Positions 9,646-19,392 are shown, numbered from the stretch's first letter. The stretch is 55,898 nucleotides of DNA from Clostridia bacterium (GCA_045579195.1 JAZNLR010000065.1:1-55898); one strand, 5' to 3'. Numbers and translations are program-made. Notes: generated by a model from the letters alone, not told the origin.

Positions 9646-12333
9646 ATGGGACTTATTAAATTCATTCTCGAATCTGACAACCGAAGAAATTTGAAGCGCC
9701 TTGAGAAAATGGCGCAGAAGATCGATGCAATGAGCGCAACGTACGAGAAGATGACCGATGCGGAGCTTCAAGGGCAGACAGCGCTCTTGAAGGCGCGCCT
9801 TGCAAACGGAGAAACGCTGGATGACATCCTGCCCGAGGCGTTTGCGACCTGCCGTGAGGCGAGCGCACGCGTTCTTGGAATGAAGCCTTTCTTCGTTCAG
9901 TTGGTGGGAGGAATTTCCCTCCATCAGGGGCGCGTTGCCGAGATGAAGACGGGTGAAGGAAAGACCCTCGTTGCGACTTTGCCGGCTTACCTGAACGCAC
10001 TTTCCGGAAACGGCGTTCACGTCGTCACCGTCAATGATTATCTTGCAAAGCACCAGGCGGAGTGGATGGGAAAACTCTATAATTTCCTCGGCCTTTCTGT
10101 GGGCGTTATCGTTCCCATGATGGAGACAGAAGAACGCAGAGCAGCTTACGCCTGTGACATTACGTATGCAACCAACAACGAGCTTGGGTTTGATTATCTT
10201 CGCGACAACCTCTGCGTGAACCTTGAGGATAAGACCCAGCGCGGCCTTAACTTCGCCATTGTGGATGAGGTAGACTCCATCCTCATCGATGAGGCGAGAA
10301 CGCCGCTCATCATTTCGGGGAGAGGCGGCGAATCCTCCGAGCTTTATGTGAAAAGTGACCGCTTCGTTAAGACTCTCGTCAAAGATGAAGACTTCGAGCT
10401 TGACGAAAAGGAAATACAGGTGCATATCACCGAAAGCGGTGTTGCAAAGGCAGAGAAATTCTTTGGCCTTGACGATCTTTCCGACGTTGAGAACACCGAT
10501 TTGAACCACAACATTCAGCAGGCACTGAAAGCAAACCACATCTTCCATCGCGATGCAGATTACATCGTTGAGGACAAAGAGGTCATCATCGTTGACGAGT
10601 TCACGGGCCGCTTGATGATCGGCCGTCGCTATTCGGACGGGCTGCATCAGGCAATTGAGGCAAAGGAAGGCGTTCCTGTTCGCGCGGAGAACAAAACGGT
10701 TGCAACCATCACGTTCCAGAACCTCTTCCGCCTTTATAAGAAGTTGTCGGGTATGACGGGAACGGCGAAGACCGAAGAAGAGGAATTCAACAACATTTAC
10801 GGATTGGACGTCACCGTGATCCCCACGAATCTTCCGATGATCCGCGTGGATGAAAACGACGTGATCTATCCGACGCGCGTTGGAAAACTCAATGCCGTCA
10901 TCAAAGAAATTCAAGAGATCCATGCAACGGGAAGGCCCATTCTCGTCGGAACGACCACGGTCGAAGCTTCGGAAGAGATTTCGGCATTGCTTTTGAAGAG
11001 CAAGATCAAGCACAACGTCCTTAACGCGAAGAATCACGCAAAAGAGGCAGAGATCGTTGCTCAGGCAGGTCGCCTGGGAAGCGTCACCATCGCGACCAAC
11101 ATGGCTGGCCGCGGAACGGATATTCTGCTCGGCGGAAATCCGGAATTTTTGGCAAAGCGTCAGCTTCTTGACCATCAGGCAGACCCCGAAAAGCTGAGCG
11201 TTGCAATGTCTTTTATGGCAACGGACGACGAGGAAACGTTGGAACTTCGTGAAAAGTTCCACGAGCTTGTCGCAAATTTTAAGAAGGACACCGATGAAGA
11301 CAAGAAGAAAGTCGTTGAGCTTGGTGGCCTTCACATCATCGGAACGGAGCGTCACGAGTCACGTCGAATTGACAATCAGCTTCGTGGCCGTGCGGGAAGA
11401 CAGGGAGACCCAGGATCTTCCAGATTTTATATCTCCTTGGAAGACGACCTTGCCCGTCGCTTCGGCGGAGAGCAGATGCAACGCGTTTACGAGGCGTTTA
11501 AGCTGGATGACAACGATCCTATTTCGCTCGGCATCTTGACCAAGCGCATCGAGGGCGCACAGCAGACCATCGAGGGCAGAAACTTTGGGATTCGAAAACA
11601 TATTTTGGAATATGACGACGTGATGAACAAACAGCGCGCCGTGATGTATGCCGAGCGCGATAAGGTGCTTGCGGGAACGGATATCCACGGCGAGATCGTT
11701 GGAATGATCAAGCAGCATCTTGACCTCGTTTTCAACGCAAGCACGGACGGAAAGAACCCCGACATCAAGTCGTGGAACTTCGATGAGATCAACCGTGACC
11801 TTGAGGAATTCTTCCTCCCGGCAGGGACGGGCTATATCACGCGCGAAATGGCGGAGCAGATGAATGTTCCCGAAATTTACGACGCGCTTGAAAAACACAT
11901 TCTTGAAGAGTATGAGGAGCGTGTCAAAGCGTACGAAGAGCAGGGCGTGGAGTTCAAAAAGGCAGAGCGCAACGTTTTGCTTTGGGTAATTGACAGACAG
12001 TGGACGGACCACATTGACGCGATGGATCAGCTTCGCAGAAGCATCGGACTTCGCGCATATGGTCAGCATGACCCCGTCGTTGCCTATAAACAAGAGGGCT
12101 TCGAGATGTTTGAAGATATGACTCTCCGCATCCGTGAGGAGACGGTCAAAACGCTGATGAAGGCGCGCTTCAACGTCATCCCTGAGCGCAAGCAGAGCGT
12201 CAGCAACATTCAGGCGGGTCAGGAAGGGCAGCAGCAAAGGGGCGGACGGGCAAAGAGCCAGAAGACGGTGGGAAGAAACGACCCGTGTCCGTGCGGAAGC
12301 GGCAAGAAGTTTAAGCATTGCTGTGGACGATAA
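9646..12333 (+). CDS. secA: preprotein translocase ATPase SecA
   Basis: Start at ATG 9646 (MGLIKFIL) has AGGAGA 6-7 nt upstream; the ORF track begins at 9598. DEAD motor motifs (MKTGEGKTLV, DEVDSILIDEARTPLIISG) and a C-terminal zinc motif CPCGSGKKFKHCCG. Confidence 0.97.
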   Translation: MGLIKFILESDNRRNLKRLEKMAQKIDAMSATYEKMTDAELQGQTALLKARLANGETLDDILPEAFATCREASARVLGMKPFFVQLVGGISLHQGRVAEMKTGEGKTLVATLPAYLNALSGNGVHVVTVNDYLAKHQAEWMGKLYNFLGLSVGVIVPMMETEERRAAYACDITYATNNELGFDYLRDNLCVNLEDKTQRGLNFAIVDEVDSILIDEARTPLIISGRGGESSELYVKSDRFVKTLVKDEDFELDEKEIQVHITESGVAKAEKFFGLDDLSDVENTDLNHNIQQALKANHIFHRDADYIVEDKEVIIVDEFTGRLMIGRRYSDGLHQAIEAKEGVPVRAENKTVATITFQNLFRLYKKLSGMTGTAKTEEEEFNNIYGLDVTVIPTNLPMIRVDENDVIYPTRVGKLNAVIKEIQEIHATGRPILVGTTTVEASEEISALLLKSKIKHNVLNAKNHAKEAEIVAQAGRLGSVTIATNMAGRGTDILLGGNPEFLAKRQLLDHQADPEKLSVAMSFMATDDEETLELREKFHELVANFKKDTDEDKKKVVELGGLHIIGTERHESRRIDNQLRGRAGRQGDPGSSRFYISLEDDLARRFGGEQMQRVYEAFKLDDNDPISLGILTKRIEGAQQTIEGRNFGIRKHILEYDDVMNKQRAVMYAERDKVLAGTDIHGEIVGMIKQHLDLVFNASTDGKNPDIKSWNFDEINRDLEEFFLPAGTGYITREMAEQMNVPEIYDALEKHILEEYEERVKAYEEQGVEFKKAERNVLLWVIDRQWTDHIDAMDQLRRSIGLRAYGQHDPVVAYKQEGFEMFEDMTLRIREETVKTLMKARFNVIPERKQSVSNIQAGQEGQQQRGGRAKSQKTVGRNDPCPCGSGKKFKHCCGR

Positions 12334-12367
12334 ATAAGAAAGAAAACAAATCAAAAGGAGCAACGTT

Positions 12368-13463
12368 ATGCAGACTGATGAATTGAAATTTAAGCTCAAA
12401 GGACTCTTTGAGACTCTGAACCAGGCAGGAAACTCTCTTTGACATCGCCAAGTTGGAATCCGAATTGGCAGAACTGAAAGAACAACAGGAAGATCCCGAG
12501 CTTTGGAACGATATGAAAAAGGCGCAGGCCATCAACAAAAAGGCGGCGGCGGTCTCTTCCAAGATTGAAGAATTCAAGAAGCTCTCTTCCCTCTATGAGG
12601 AGACGAAGGGGCTTTTGGAGCTCGCAGAAGAGGCGGAAGACGACAGTCTGATTCCCGAAATCGAAAGCGAGATCCTCACGCTGGAGCGCGACCTTGATCA
12701 TCTGATGCTCAAGACGCTGCTTCGCGGAAAGTACGATGCGAACAACGCCATTCTCACCCTGCATGCAGGCGCTGGCGGAACGGAGGCTTGTGATTGGACG
12801 AGCATCTTATACCGCATGTACAGCCGATATGCAGAGCGTAACGGGTATACCGTCACGGAGCTTGATAAGCTGGATGGTGACGAGGCGGGCATCAAGAGCG
12901 TCACGTTCACCGTTGAGGGAGAAAATGCGTATGGATACCTGCGCGCGGAAAAGGGCGTTCACCGCCTAGTGCGCATCTCGCCGTTTGACTCCAACGCGAG
13001 AAGGCACACTTCGTTCGCATCCCTGGAAGTTATGCCCGAAATTGAAGAGGCGGGGGACATCGTCATTCGCCCGGAAGAGCTGAAAGTGGACACTTATCGT
13101 TCGAGCGGAGCGGGTGGACAGCACGTCAACAAGACGGAATCTGCAATCCGCATTACGCACTTACCAACAGGTATTATCGTTGCCTGCCAGAATGAGCGCT
13201 CACAGATTCAGAACCGCGAGCAAGCGATGAAAATGCTGTACTCCAAGTTGGTCGAGAAGCGTGAGCGTGAACAGATGGAAGAGGCGCAGAGCATTCAGGG
13301 CCAGCTTAAAAAGATCGAGTGGGGAAGTCAGATCCGAAGCTACGTCTTCCAGCCGTATACGATGGTCAAAGATCACAGAACGGGCTTTGAAACGGGAAAT
13401 ATCACCGCCGTGATGGACGGCGATATCGAAGGATTTATCTATGATTACCTCAGAAAGAGCTGA
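12368..13463 (+). CDS. prfB: peptide chain release factor 2, expressed through a programmed +1 frameshift
   Basis: ORF0 is ATG 12368 ... CTT TGA (stop at 12440-12442, 24 sense codons). Shifting +1 at CTT-T-GAC joins the 336-aa frame of the 12453 ORF. That frame contains SPF and GGQ (RSSGAGGQHVN). Confidence 0.95.
12431..12443 (+). other. RF2 +1 frameshift site (CTT TGA C) with an upstream SD-like GGCAGGA
   Basis: aac tct CTT TGA C at 12431-12443. The purine-rich caGGcAGGa sits 6-14 nt upstream, as in the classical prfB recoding site. Confidence 0.85.
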
Positions 13464-13521
13464 GACCTTTTTCGAGCGAACCAAACGCCGCGCAAGTGAG
13501 AGCCGAAAAAAGGATGAGATC

Positions 13522-14532
13522 GTGATTTTGGGAATCGAATCCTCCTGCGATGAGACGGCGGCATCTATCGTTGTAAACGGTCGTAAGGTGGAAAGCTCGG
13601 TCATTTCCACCCAGATTGACATCCATAAGCGCTTTGGCGGTGTCGTCCCTGAAATTGCAAGTCGAAACCACACGATGCAACTCTGTTCGGTGGTTACGCG
13701 TGCGCTTGAGGACGCAGGAAGAACCCTTGCGGACGTGGATGCGATCGCGGTGACAAAGGGTGCAGGCTTGGTGGGCGCACTTCTTGCGGGAATCAGCTTT
13801 GCCAAAGGTCTTGCGTTTGCGAACGGCATTCCGCTCGTTGGGGTCAATCACATCCGCGGCCATATCGCCGCAAATTACATCGAGGATGCGTCGTTAGAGC
13901 CGCCATTCTTGTGCTTGCTTGCAAGCGGAGGGCACACAGCGATCCTGCGCGTGGATGATTACGCAAAGCATACTCTCATCGGAACGACGGTGGATGATGC
14001 CGCAGGAGAGGCTTTCGACAAGGTCGCGCGCGTTCTCGGCTTGGAGTACCCCGGCGGACCGAAGGTCTCCGCGCTTGCAAAGGAAGGAAGGAATTCCATC
14101 GTGCTCCCTGCGATGTTCAAGGGTGAGAAACACTATCACCTAAGTTATAGTGGTTTGAAGACTGCCGTTGTCAACCTCGTTCACACGGCAACGCAGAGGG
14201 GGGAAGAGGTCAACAAGGCAGACCTTTGCTGTTCGTTTGAGCATGCGGCGCTGGATCCACTTGTGGAAAGAGCTTTCCGCGCGGCAAGAGAATTCGGAAT
14301 GAAAACCATTTGCCTTGCAGGCGGAGTTGCCGCCAATGACTACTTGCGAACTCGCGTTTTAGAGCTCGCAAACAAGAAGGGAATGCGCTGTGTCATCCCC
14401 GAAAAGAGAAACTGCACGGACAACGCTGCGATGATTGCGGCGGAAGGATATCTTCAGTTTATGAACGACAATTTATCCGATCTCGACCTCAATGCAGAGC
14501 CGTCGTTAAGACCGGATTTTGTTCAGGAATGA
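13522..14532 (+). CDS. tsaD: tRNA N6-adenosine threonylcarbamoyltransferase TsaD (Kae1/Gcp family)
   Basis: ILGIESSCDETAASIV..., HIRGHIAA, GGVAAN. I prefer GTG 13522 (AAGGATGAG RBS), which gives the canonical MILGIESSCDET N-terminus and 336 aa. The ORF-track ATG at 13441 would overlap prfB by 23 nt and add 27 non-conserved residues. Confidence 0.88.
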   Translation: MILGIESSCDETAASIVVNGRKVESSVISTQIDIHKRFGGVVPEIASRNHTMQLCSVVTRALEDAGRTLADVDAIAVTKGAGLVGALLAGISFAKGLAFANGIPLVGVNHIRGHIAANYIEDASLEPPFLCLLASGGHTAILRVDDYAKHTLIGTTVDDAAGEAFDKVARVLGLEYPGGPKVSALAKEGRNSIVLPAMFKGEKHYHLSYSGLKTAVVNLVHTATQRGEEVNKADLCCSFEHAALDPLVERAFRAAREFGMKTICLAGGVAANDYLRTRVLELANKKGMRCVIPEKRNCTDNAAMIAAEGYLQFMNDNLSDLDLNAEPSLRPDFVQE

Positions 14533-14605
14533 GCGAGAAGAAAAATATAGTAGAAAAAACGTATAAATAGTCAAATTGTTTATATTTATACTGACTGTCA
14601 AACAG

Positions 14606-14634
14606 TTGCAAAATGCACGCAAATAGTGTATAGT
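14606..14634 (+). promoter_or_regulatory. sigma-A promoter for the aminotransferase/citrate-synthase-like operon
   Basis: TTGCAA (14606-14611), 17-nt spacer, TATAGT (14629-14634). Confidence 0.6.
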
Positions 14635-14678
14635 ATCACTTACCAACGAGAGCTTGAATCGGTATGCGGAGGAAGAAT

Positions 14679-15872
14679 ATGTCAATTTCAAAGAGAGCAT
14701 CGCAGATCTCGCCGTCCTTAACGCTCGCAATCACGGCGAAGGCAAAGAAAATGAGTGCAGAGGGGATTTCGGTCATCGGATTTGGTGCCGGAGAGCCTGA
14801 TTTTAACACACCGGACTATATCATTGAAGCGGCAAAGAAGGCGCTTGACGATGGAATGACGAAGTACACGCCCGCAGCGGGAATTATGCCGCTCCGCGAG
14901 GCGATTTGTGCGAAACTTGAGAGGGACAATGGTCTTTCTTATGCAGCCAATCAGATCGTTGTTTCCAACGGCGCAAAGCATTCGTTATTTAACGTGATGG
15001 AAGCCATCGTGGATGACGGAGATGAGGTCATCATCCCTGCGCCGTTTTGGTTGACGTACCCTGAGCTTGTCAAGATGGCAGGGGGTGTTCCCGTCATCGT
15101 GAACACCGAGGAACAGAATCATTTCAAGATAACACCCGACGCATTGCGCGCAGCAATCACCGAGAAGACGAAAGCTTTCATCTTGAATTCTCCCTCCAAC
15201 CCGACGGGAACTGTTTACGAAAAAGAAGAGCTGTTCGCGCTTGCGGAGGTGCTGGAAGAGGCGGGAATTTACGTTATTTCAGATGAGATCTATGAAAAAC
15301 TCGTCTATGATGGAAAGAAGCATTACTCCATCGCATCCTACAGCGAAAAGTTGAAAGAGAAGACCATCGTCGTCAACGGGATGTCGAAGTCGTACGCTAT
15401 GACGGGATGGAGAATTGGATATCTTGCGGCACCGCTTGCAATTGCGAAGGCAATCGACAGCGTTCAGAGTCATGCAACGTCCAACCCCAATAGCATCGCG
15501 CAGTACGCCGCGCTTGCCGCGCTCAACGGAGGCGAGGCTTTCCTCTCCGAAATGGTCAAGACGTTTGATGAGAGAAGAAAGTTTATGGTCGAGCGAGTCA
15601 ACGCGATAGACGGATTAAGTTGTAAAACACCAATGGGCGCATTTTATGTCCTTGTGAACGTTTCAGAATTGCTTGGAAAGAAGTATGGTGAAAAGCTCAT
15701 CAGCAACACCGTTGAGCTCGCAGATGCAATGCTGGAGGCAGGAGTTGCAGTCGTTCCCGGCATCTCTTTTGGAGCGGATGAATATATTCGGTTAAGCTAT
15801 GCTATTTCTCTTGTAGATATTGAGGAGGGATTGAAGCGCATCGAGGGTTTTGTCCGCGCCATGACGGAATGA
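14679..15872 (+). CDS. pyridoxal-phosphate-dependent aminotransferase, class I (aspartate aminotransferase type)
   Basis: Start at ATG 14679 after GGAGGA. MSISKRASQISPSLTLAI..., GEPDFNTP, NSPSNPTG, and the PLP lysine motif VNGMSKSYAMTGWRIGY. Confidence 0.88.
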   Translation: MSISKRASQISPSLTLAITAKAKKMSAEGISVIGFGAGEPDFNTPDYIIEAAKKALDDGMTKYTPAAGIMPLREAICAKLERDNGLSYAANQIVVSNGAKHSLFNVMEAIVDDGDEVIIPAPFWLTYPELVKMAGGVPVIVNTEEQNHFKITPDALRAAITEKTKAFILNSPSNPTGTVYEKEELFALAEVLEEAGIYVISDEIYEKLVYDGKKHYSIASYSEKLKEKTIVVNGMSKSYAMTGWRIGYLAAPLAIAKAIDSVQSHATSNPNSIAQYAALAALNGGEAFLSEMVKTFDERRKFMVERVNAIDGLSCKTPMGAFYVLVNVSELLGKKYGEKLISNTVELADAMLEAGVAVVPGISFGADEYIRLSYAISLVDIEEGLKRIEGFVRAMTE

Positions 15873-15888
15873 AAACGGAGAAAAATAT

Positions 15889-17271
15889 ATGATTGTTAGA
15901 AATAAAAACAACCTTCTTGAGTACGAAAATTATCAATACGAGCTGCAGGACGTGGAGGAGCCAAACCTCTACCGCGAGCTGTTTGATTATGACTCGATTC
16001 CCAAAGTCGTCTTCAACGATCGCCACGTTCCGATGGTGACGCCTGCAAATCTTTATATTTCAGATACCACGTTCCGCGACGGGCAGCAGTCCACGTCGCC
16101 TTACACGACCGAACAGATCATTCAGATCTACAAGCTGATGCACGAGCTTGGCGGCCCGAACGGAATCATTCGCCAGAGTGAGTTCTTCCTCTACAGCGAA
16201 AAGGATAAGAAGGCGGCGCAAGGGTGCATGGACTTGGGATACGAATTCCCCGAGGTCACGAGCTGGATTCGTGCAAACGAGAAGGACTTTGAGCTCGTCA
16301 AACAGATGGGCGTTAAGGAAACGGGAATTCTCACCAGCTGTTCAGATTACCATATCTTCAAGAAGATGAACTTGACGCGCAGACAGGCGCTCGATAAGTA
16401 CCTTGGGATTGTCAAAACTGCGCTGTCTTACGGCATTCGTCCACGCTGTCACTTTGAGGACATTACGCGTGCCGATTTTTACGGCTTTGTTATCCCCTTT
16501 GCGGTGGAGCTGATGAAGCTGTCCGAAGAGGCGAAGATTCCCATCAAGATCCGCGCGTGCGACACGATGGGCTTTGGAATCTCCTTCCCGGGCTCCGCGC
16601 TTCCGCGTAGCGTTCAGGGCTTGGTGTACGGCCTTCGTTATTACGCAGGTGTTCCCGAAGAGATGCTCGAATGGCACGGCCATAATGACTTTTATAAGGT
16701 GGTTTCGAACGCAACGACAGCTTGGCTTTACGGCTGTTCCACCATCAACTGTTCGCTTCTCGGCATTGGAGAGAGAACGGGAAATTGCCCGCTTGAGGCA
16801 ATGGCTGTAGAATATGCTTCTCTGCGTGGCACGACGGACGGAATGGATCTGACGAAGATCACCGAAATCGCGGAGTACTTTGAAAATGAACTGGGATACG
16901 TCATTCCTCCCAGAACGCCGTTTGTCGGAAGAAGCTTCAATGCAACGCGTGCAGGGATTCATGCGGACGGACTTTTGAAGGACGAGGAGATCTACAACGT
17001 CTTCAATACGACGAAGATCTTGAATCGCCCGCCACACGTTTCCATCAATAACACGAGTGGTCTTGCAGGTTTGGCATATTGGGTAAATGAGTTCTACGAG
17101 CTCAAACCCCAGAACCGCATTGACAAGAACGATGCACTCATCGTGCGGATGAAAGAATCGATCGACAAGCTTTATTCGGATGGACGCAACAGCATTATGG
17201 GCGACGACGAGCTGGATGAACTTGTTCGTAACCTCGATGCAAAGCGCCATAAGCTGTTCTTGCTTGACTAA
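15889..17271 (+). CDS. HMGL-like (isopropylmalate/homocitrate synthase family) enzyme, probably Re-citrate synthase type
   Basis: 460 aa with DTTFRDGQQS, HFEDITRAD and EWHGHNDFY..A.. (metal/substrate motifs of the DRE-TIM aldolase family). The N-terminal extension and overall length match the clostridial Re-citrate synthase type as I remember it. The family assignment is firm; the specificity is inferred. Confidence 0.6.
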   Translation: MIVRNKNNLLEYENYQYELQDVEEPNLYRELFDYDSIPKVVFNDRHVPMVTPANLYISDTTFRDGQQSTSPYTTEQIIQIYKLMHELGGPNGIIRQSEFFLYSEKDKKAAQGCMDLGYEFPEVTSWIRANEKDFELVKQMGVKETGILTSCSDYHIFKKMNLTRRQALDKYLGIVKTALSYGIRPRCHFEDITRADFYGFVIPFAVELMKLSEEAKIPIKIRACDTMGFGISFPGSALPRSVQGLVYGLRYYAGVPEEMLEWHGHNDFYKVVSNATTAWLYGCSTINCSLLGIGERTGNCPLEAMAVEYASLRGTTDGMDLTKITEIAEYFENELGYVIPPRTPFVGRSFNATRAGIHADGLLKDEEIYNVFNTTKILNRPPHVSINNTSGLAGLAYWVNEFYELKPQNRIDKNDALIVRMKESIDKLYSDGRNSIMGDDELDELVRNLDAKRHKLFLLD

Positions 17272-17325
17272 TTGCCAAAAATTTCCATCCTCACAAAAAA
17301 AAGACAATAAATTTCAAAAAAAGTA

Positions 17326-17354
17326 TTGAAATTTGTCCTCGTATTGAGTACAAT
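17326..17354 (+). promoter_or_regulatory. sigma-A promoter of the mini P-loop gene
   Basis: TTGAAA (17326-17331), 17-nt spacer, TACAAT (17349-17354). Confidence 0.6.
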
Positions 17355-17394
17355 AGAAGTACAGAATTTATTATCATCATTGGAGGATTGAATA

Positions 17395-17802
17395 ATGATC
17401 AATATTATTTACGGTGCAAAAGGCGCAGGTAAGACCAAAAAGATTATTGACGCTGCAAACGATTCGTTACAGGTCGCAAAAGGAAACATTGTCTTTTTGA
17501 CGGATACCGATCGCTATAGCCCGCAGATAAACTATCAGATCCGCTTTATTAATACAAAGGATTATGAGATCAAAACTGAAATGGGTCTTTATGGCTTCAT
17601 TCGCGGTTTGATCGCAGGCAACACGGACATTGAGTACGTCTATATCGACGGTGCGGCAAGAATGGCAAATCTGCCGCTTGAAGAAATGGGCGGACTTTAC
17701 GACATGATCGGTCAGCTTTCTCAGAAATTCAACATCAATTTCTGCCTGACCGTCAGCGCAGACGAAAACGACATTCCTGACTTCATCAAGAAGTATCTTT
17801 AA
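17395..17802 (+). CDS. 135-aa P-loop NTPase-like protein of unknown function
   Basis: GGAGG RBS. Walker A GAKGAGKT at residues 7-14 and a Walker-B-like YVYIDGA at about residue 81. I recognise no other domain. Confidence 0.6.
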   Translation: MINIIYGAKGAGKTKKIIDAANDSLQVAKGNIVFLTDTDRYSPQINYQIRFINTKDYEIKTEMGLYGFIRGLIAGNTDIEYVYIDGAARMANLPLEEMGGLYDMIGQLSQKFNINFCLTVSADENDIPDFIKKYL

Positions 17803-17853
17803 TCGCAGATGCGATTGCTTTGCCGTGTCTTCGGCAAGCAAATGAGATGTTTG

Positions 17854-17888
17854 AAGGTGCGCGTTTTTCTTCGCGCACCTTTTTTTTG
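17854..17888 (+). terminator. intrinsic terminator 26 nt upstream of thrC
   Basis: AAGGTGCGCG/CGCGCACCTT 10-bp stem, 8-nt loop, then 8 T. Confidence 0.8.
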
Positions 17889-17913
17889 ACGAATTTGGAG
17901 GATAGAAGAGACG

Positions 17914-19392
17914 ATGAGATTTTGCAGCACAAGAGACACCGCAGTTTCAGTTTCTGCGGCGGAGGCAATCGCAAAGGGACTTTCTGCGGACGGAGGACTG
18001 TTTGTTCCCGAAAGCTTTCCGCAGGTTTCGTTTGAAGAGCTTACCGCAATGGTGGAAATGACGTATGAACAGCGTGCGGACTTGGTCCTCTCGAAGTACT
18101 TGACCGATTTCACCGCAGAGGAACTTTCTCTCTGCACGAGCGCGGCGTATGCGCGCTTTGACGGAGACCCTGCGCCCGTTGTCAAGGTGGATGACGGCCT
18201 GTTTATCTTGGAGCTTTGGCATGGACCGACCCTTGCGTTCAAGGATATGGCGCTGACGCTGTTGCCACACCTTCTTACGGTATCAAGAAAAAAGGTGGGA
18301 ATCGAGGAAGACATTCTTATTTTGGTTGCCACCAGCGGTGACACGGGTAAAGCTGCTCTTGAGGGCTTCCGTGACGTCGACGGAACGAGAATTATCGTTT
18401 TCTATCCGTCGGACGGCGTTTCTGCAATGCAGAAGTTGCAAATGACCACGCAGGAGGGAAACAACGTCTTTGTGGCGGCAGTCAACGGCAACTTTGACGA
18501 CTGCCAGAGTGCGGTGAAACGAATTTTCTCCGACCGTGAGTTCGGAAGTAAGCTAAAGGAAGAAGGGGTCGTTTTAAGCTCTGCAAACTCCATCAACTTT
18601 GGAAGACTCGTTCCACAGATCGTATATTACTTCTCCGCATATTGCGACCTCGTGGATGCAGGGGAGATCGAAATGGGTGCGGACGTGGATTTCTGCGTTC
18701 CGACCGGAAATTTCGGAAATATCCTCGCGGGATACTACGCAAAGCGCATGGGTCTTCCTGTGGGAAGGCTGATTTGCGCTTCCAATAAGAATAAGGTCTT
18801 GACCGACTTTTTCACCACGGGAATTTACGACGTGCATCGCACGTTCCACAAGACCATCTCGCCGTCGATGGACATTCTCATCTCCAGCAACTTGGAACGT
18901 TTGATCTTCGAGCTGTCCGGAAGGGATGCAAGCCTCACGGCAAAGCGTATGGACGATCTCAAAAAGCACGGGCATTATTCGGTGACGAAAGAGGAACTCT
19001 GTCAATATGCCGAGACCTTCTCTGCGGACTTCTCGGATGAGGAGTCGACAAAGGATACCATTGGCGGATTCTTTGATGACTTCGGATATCCGCTCGATCC
19101 GCACACCGCGGTTGCGGTCAACGTTGCGGATGCGTACAACTTGGGCGTGAACCCCATGGTCATCGTGTCCACAGCGAGCCCATATAAGTTTGCGAGCGAC
19201 GTTCTTGCTGCGATCACAGAAGAAAAATCCCCCGAAGATCCTTTCCGTTCAGCGAAGCTTCTGGAGGAGGAGACGGCAATGCCCATTCCGCCGCAAATCT
19301 CTGAGTTGAAGACGGCAAAGATTCGCTTTGACGGTGTGTTCGAAGCGGATGCCCTTTTTGACGTCGTTGCAAACAACGTGAAAAAAGCATAA
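17914..19392 (+). CDS. thrC: threonine synthase
   Basis: 492 aa: MRFCSTRD...GLSADGGLFVP, PTLAFKDMAL (PLP lysine), SGDTGKAA, SANSINFGRL. Confidence 0.95.
   Translation: MRFCSTRDTAVSVSAAEAIAKGLSADGGLFVPESFPQVSFEELTAMVEMTYEQRADLVLSKYLTDFTAEELSLCTSAAYARFDGDPAPVVKVDDGLFILELWHGPTLAFKDMALTLLPHLLTVSRKKVGIEEDILILVATSGDTGKAALEGFRDVDGTRIIVFYPSDGVSAMQKLQMTTQEGNNVFVAAVNGNFDDCQSAVKRIFSDREFGSKLKEEGVVLSSANSINFGRLVPQIVYYFSAYCDLVDAGEIEMGADVDFCVPTGNFGNILAGYYAKRMGLPVGRLICASNKNKVLTDFFTTGIYDVHRTFHKTISPSMDILISSNLERLIFELSGRDASLTAKRMDDLKKHGHYSVTKEELCQYAETFSADFSDEESTKDTIGGFFDDFGYPLDPHTAVAVNVADAYNLGVNPMVIVSTASPYKFASDVLAAITEEKSPEDPFRSAKLLEEETAMPIPPQISELKTAKIRFDGVFEADALFDVVANNVKKA

Noticed and set aside
9487-11355. 622-aa minus-strand ORF, and similar long antisense ORFs at 11359-12399, 29589-30848, 31298-32260, 37851-39062, 47700-48866, 49337-50362 and 53947-55059
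   Set aside because: All of these lie antisense to genes of certain identity (secA, the r-protein genes rplD-rplB and rplV-rpsC, secY, thyX/rlmB, dnaX, proS). They lack RBSs and give Arg/Ser/Cys-rich nonsense. They are a by-product of the codon bias of the sense genes.
13441-13521. Longer TsaD N-terminus starting at ATG 13441
   Set aside because: It would overlap prfB by 23 nt and add 27 residues (MITSERAETFFERTKRRASESRKKDE) not seen in TsaD as I know it. GTG 13522 has an RBS and gives the canonical N-terminus. The longer start is kept as an alternative only.
14560-14605. GTCAAAnnGTT direct repeat / AGTCA-N18-TGACT inverted repeat upstream of the aminotransferase promoter, considered as an operator
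   Set aside because: The arms are only 5-6 nt in an AT-rich context, which is indistinguishable from chance without comparative data.
17842-17889. 15-codon ORF (MRCLKVRVFLRAPFF) overlapping the terminator before thrC, considered as a threonine attenuation leader peptide
   Set aside because: It contains no Thr (or Ile) codons and has no RBS, so it does not fit a classical attenuation leader.
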